DNA of 64,000 nt, taken from IMG/VR virus record IMGVR_UViG_3300031413_000001; one strand, written 5' to 3'. Source of the stretch: a virus (lineage: Duplodnaviria; Heunggongvirae; Uroviricota; Caudoviricetes). Positions 63,884-64,000 of the stretch are shown here, piece by piece (position 1 is the stretch's first letter; every line of letters starts with the position of its first letter). The notes beneath the pieces are model-generated. The model was not told the origin of the DNA and searched no databases. It saw only the letters and a list, made by a program, of their open reading frames with translations. The position numbers and the translations under genes were made by a program.

Positions 63884-64000
63884 CTTCTTCTCCTTTATGA
63901 AATCTCAACTTGAACAGCATTGCTTTGTCGCGGGTCTCAAATTGGAACCCGCGCTTGTCCCCGCCCATGCTGAATGATTGCCAGTGAATCTTGGGCTCAC
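63867..64000 (-). CDS. LFKLxW-family protein, 3' part (runs off window)
   Basis: Manual translation ...KRGFQFETRDKAMLFKLRFHKGEEDGTVD*. Confidence 0.8.
   Translation of the reverse strand, partial: EPKIHWQSFSMGGDKRGFQFETRDKAMLFKLRFHKGEEDGTVD

Noticed and set aside
1-64000. tRNA or rRNA genes
   Set aside because: No cloverleaf with a T-loop or rRNA signature found by eye in the intergenic regions. tRNAscan-SE would confirm.

Overview
64 kb of a large lytic dsDNA phage, probably a jumbo myovirus distantly related to T4. Evidence: gp44-type clamp loader, gp9/10-type N-terminus, PhoH, MazG, dCMP deaminase, GroES, a DnaE fragment and TAAATA late promoters. The sigma70-type early promoters (TTGAC-N16/17-TA, usually lacking the -7 T) suggest an alphaproteobacterial host (inference). 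Layout: (1) 1-13.6 kb, minus-strand early region of small ORFs with 19 related promoters, an Acb1-like 2H phosphodiesterase, a UDG-like gene and two candidate structured RNAs. (2) 13.7-23.5 kb, Ig/fibre structural genes, including a scaffold of Ig repeats that lack their last two strands next to a beta-propeller protein that begins with those two strands. (3) 23.5-24.8 kb, non-coding ori-like region with about 20 CTATAG palindromes. (4) 24.8-41 kb, the main discovery: about 55 small, highly divergent paralogs sharing a C-terminal F-x-D-x3-A-x-L-F-K-L-x-W motif, in two convergent arrays (33 plus, 22 minus) with an M15 endolysin near the junction. About 7 more copies lie elsewhere. The motif codons also supply -35 boxes and start signals, and two members carry major-capsid-like peptides. 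(5) 41.5-51.2 kb, structural genes. (6) 51.3-64 kb, replication and nucleotide metabolism genes, plus a free-standing tail-sheath C-terminal domain. No tRNA, rRNA, CRISPR array, integrase or reverse transcriptase was seen. All family assignments come from motifs recognised by eye; no searches were run.
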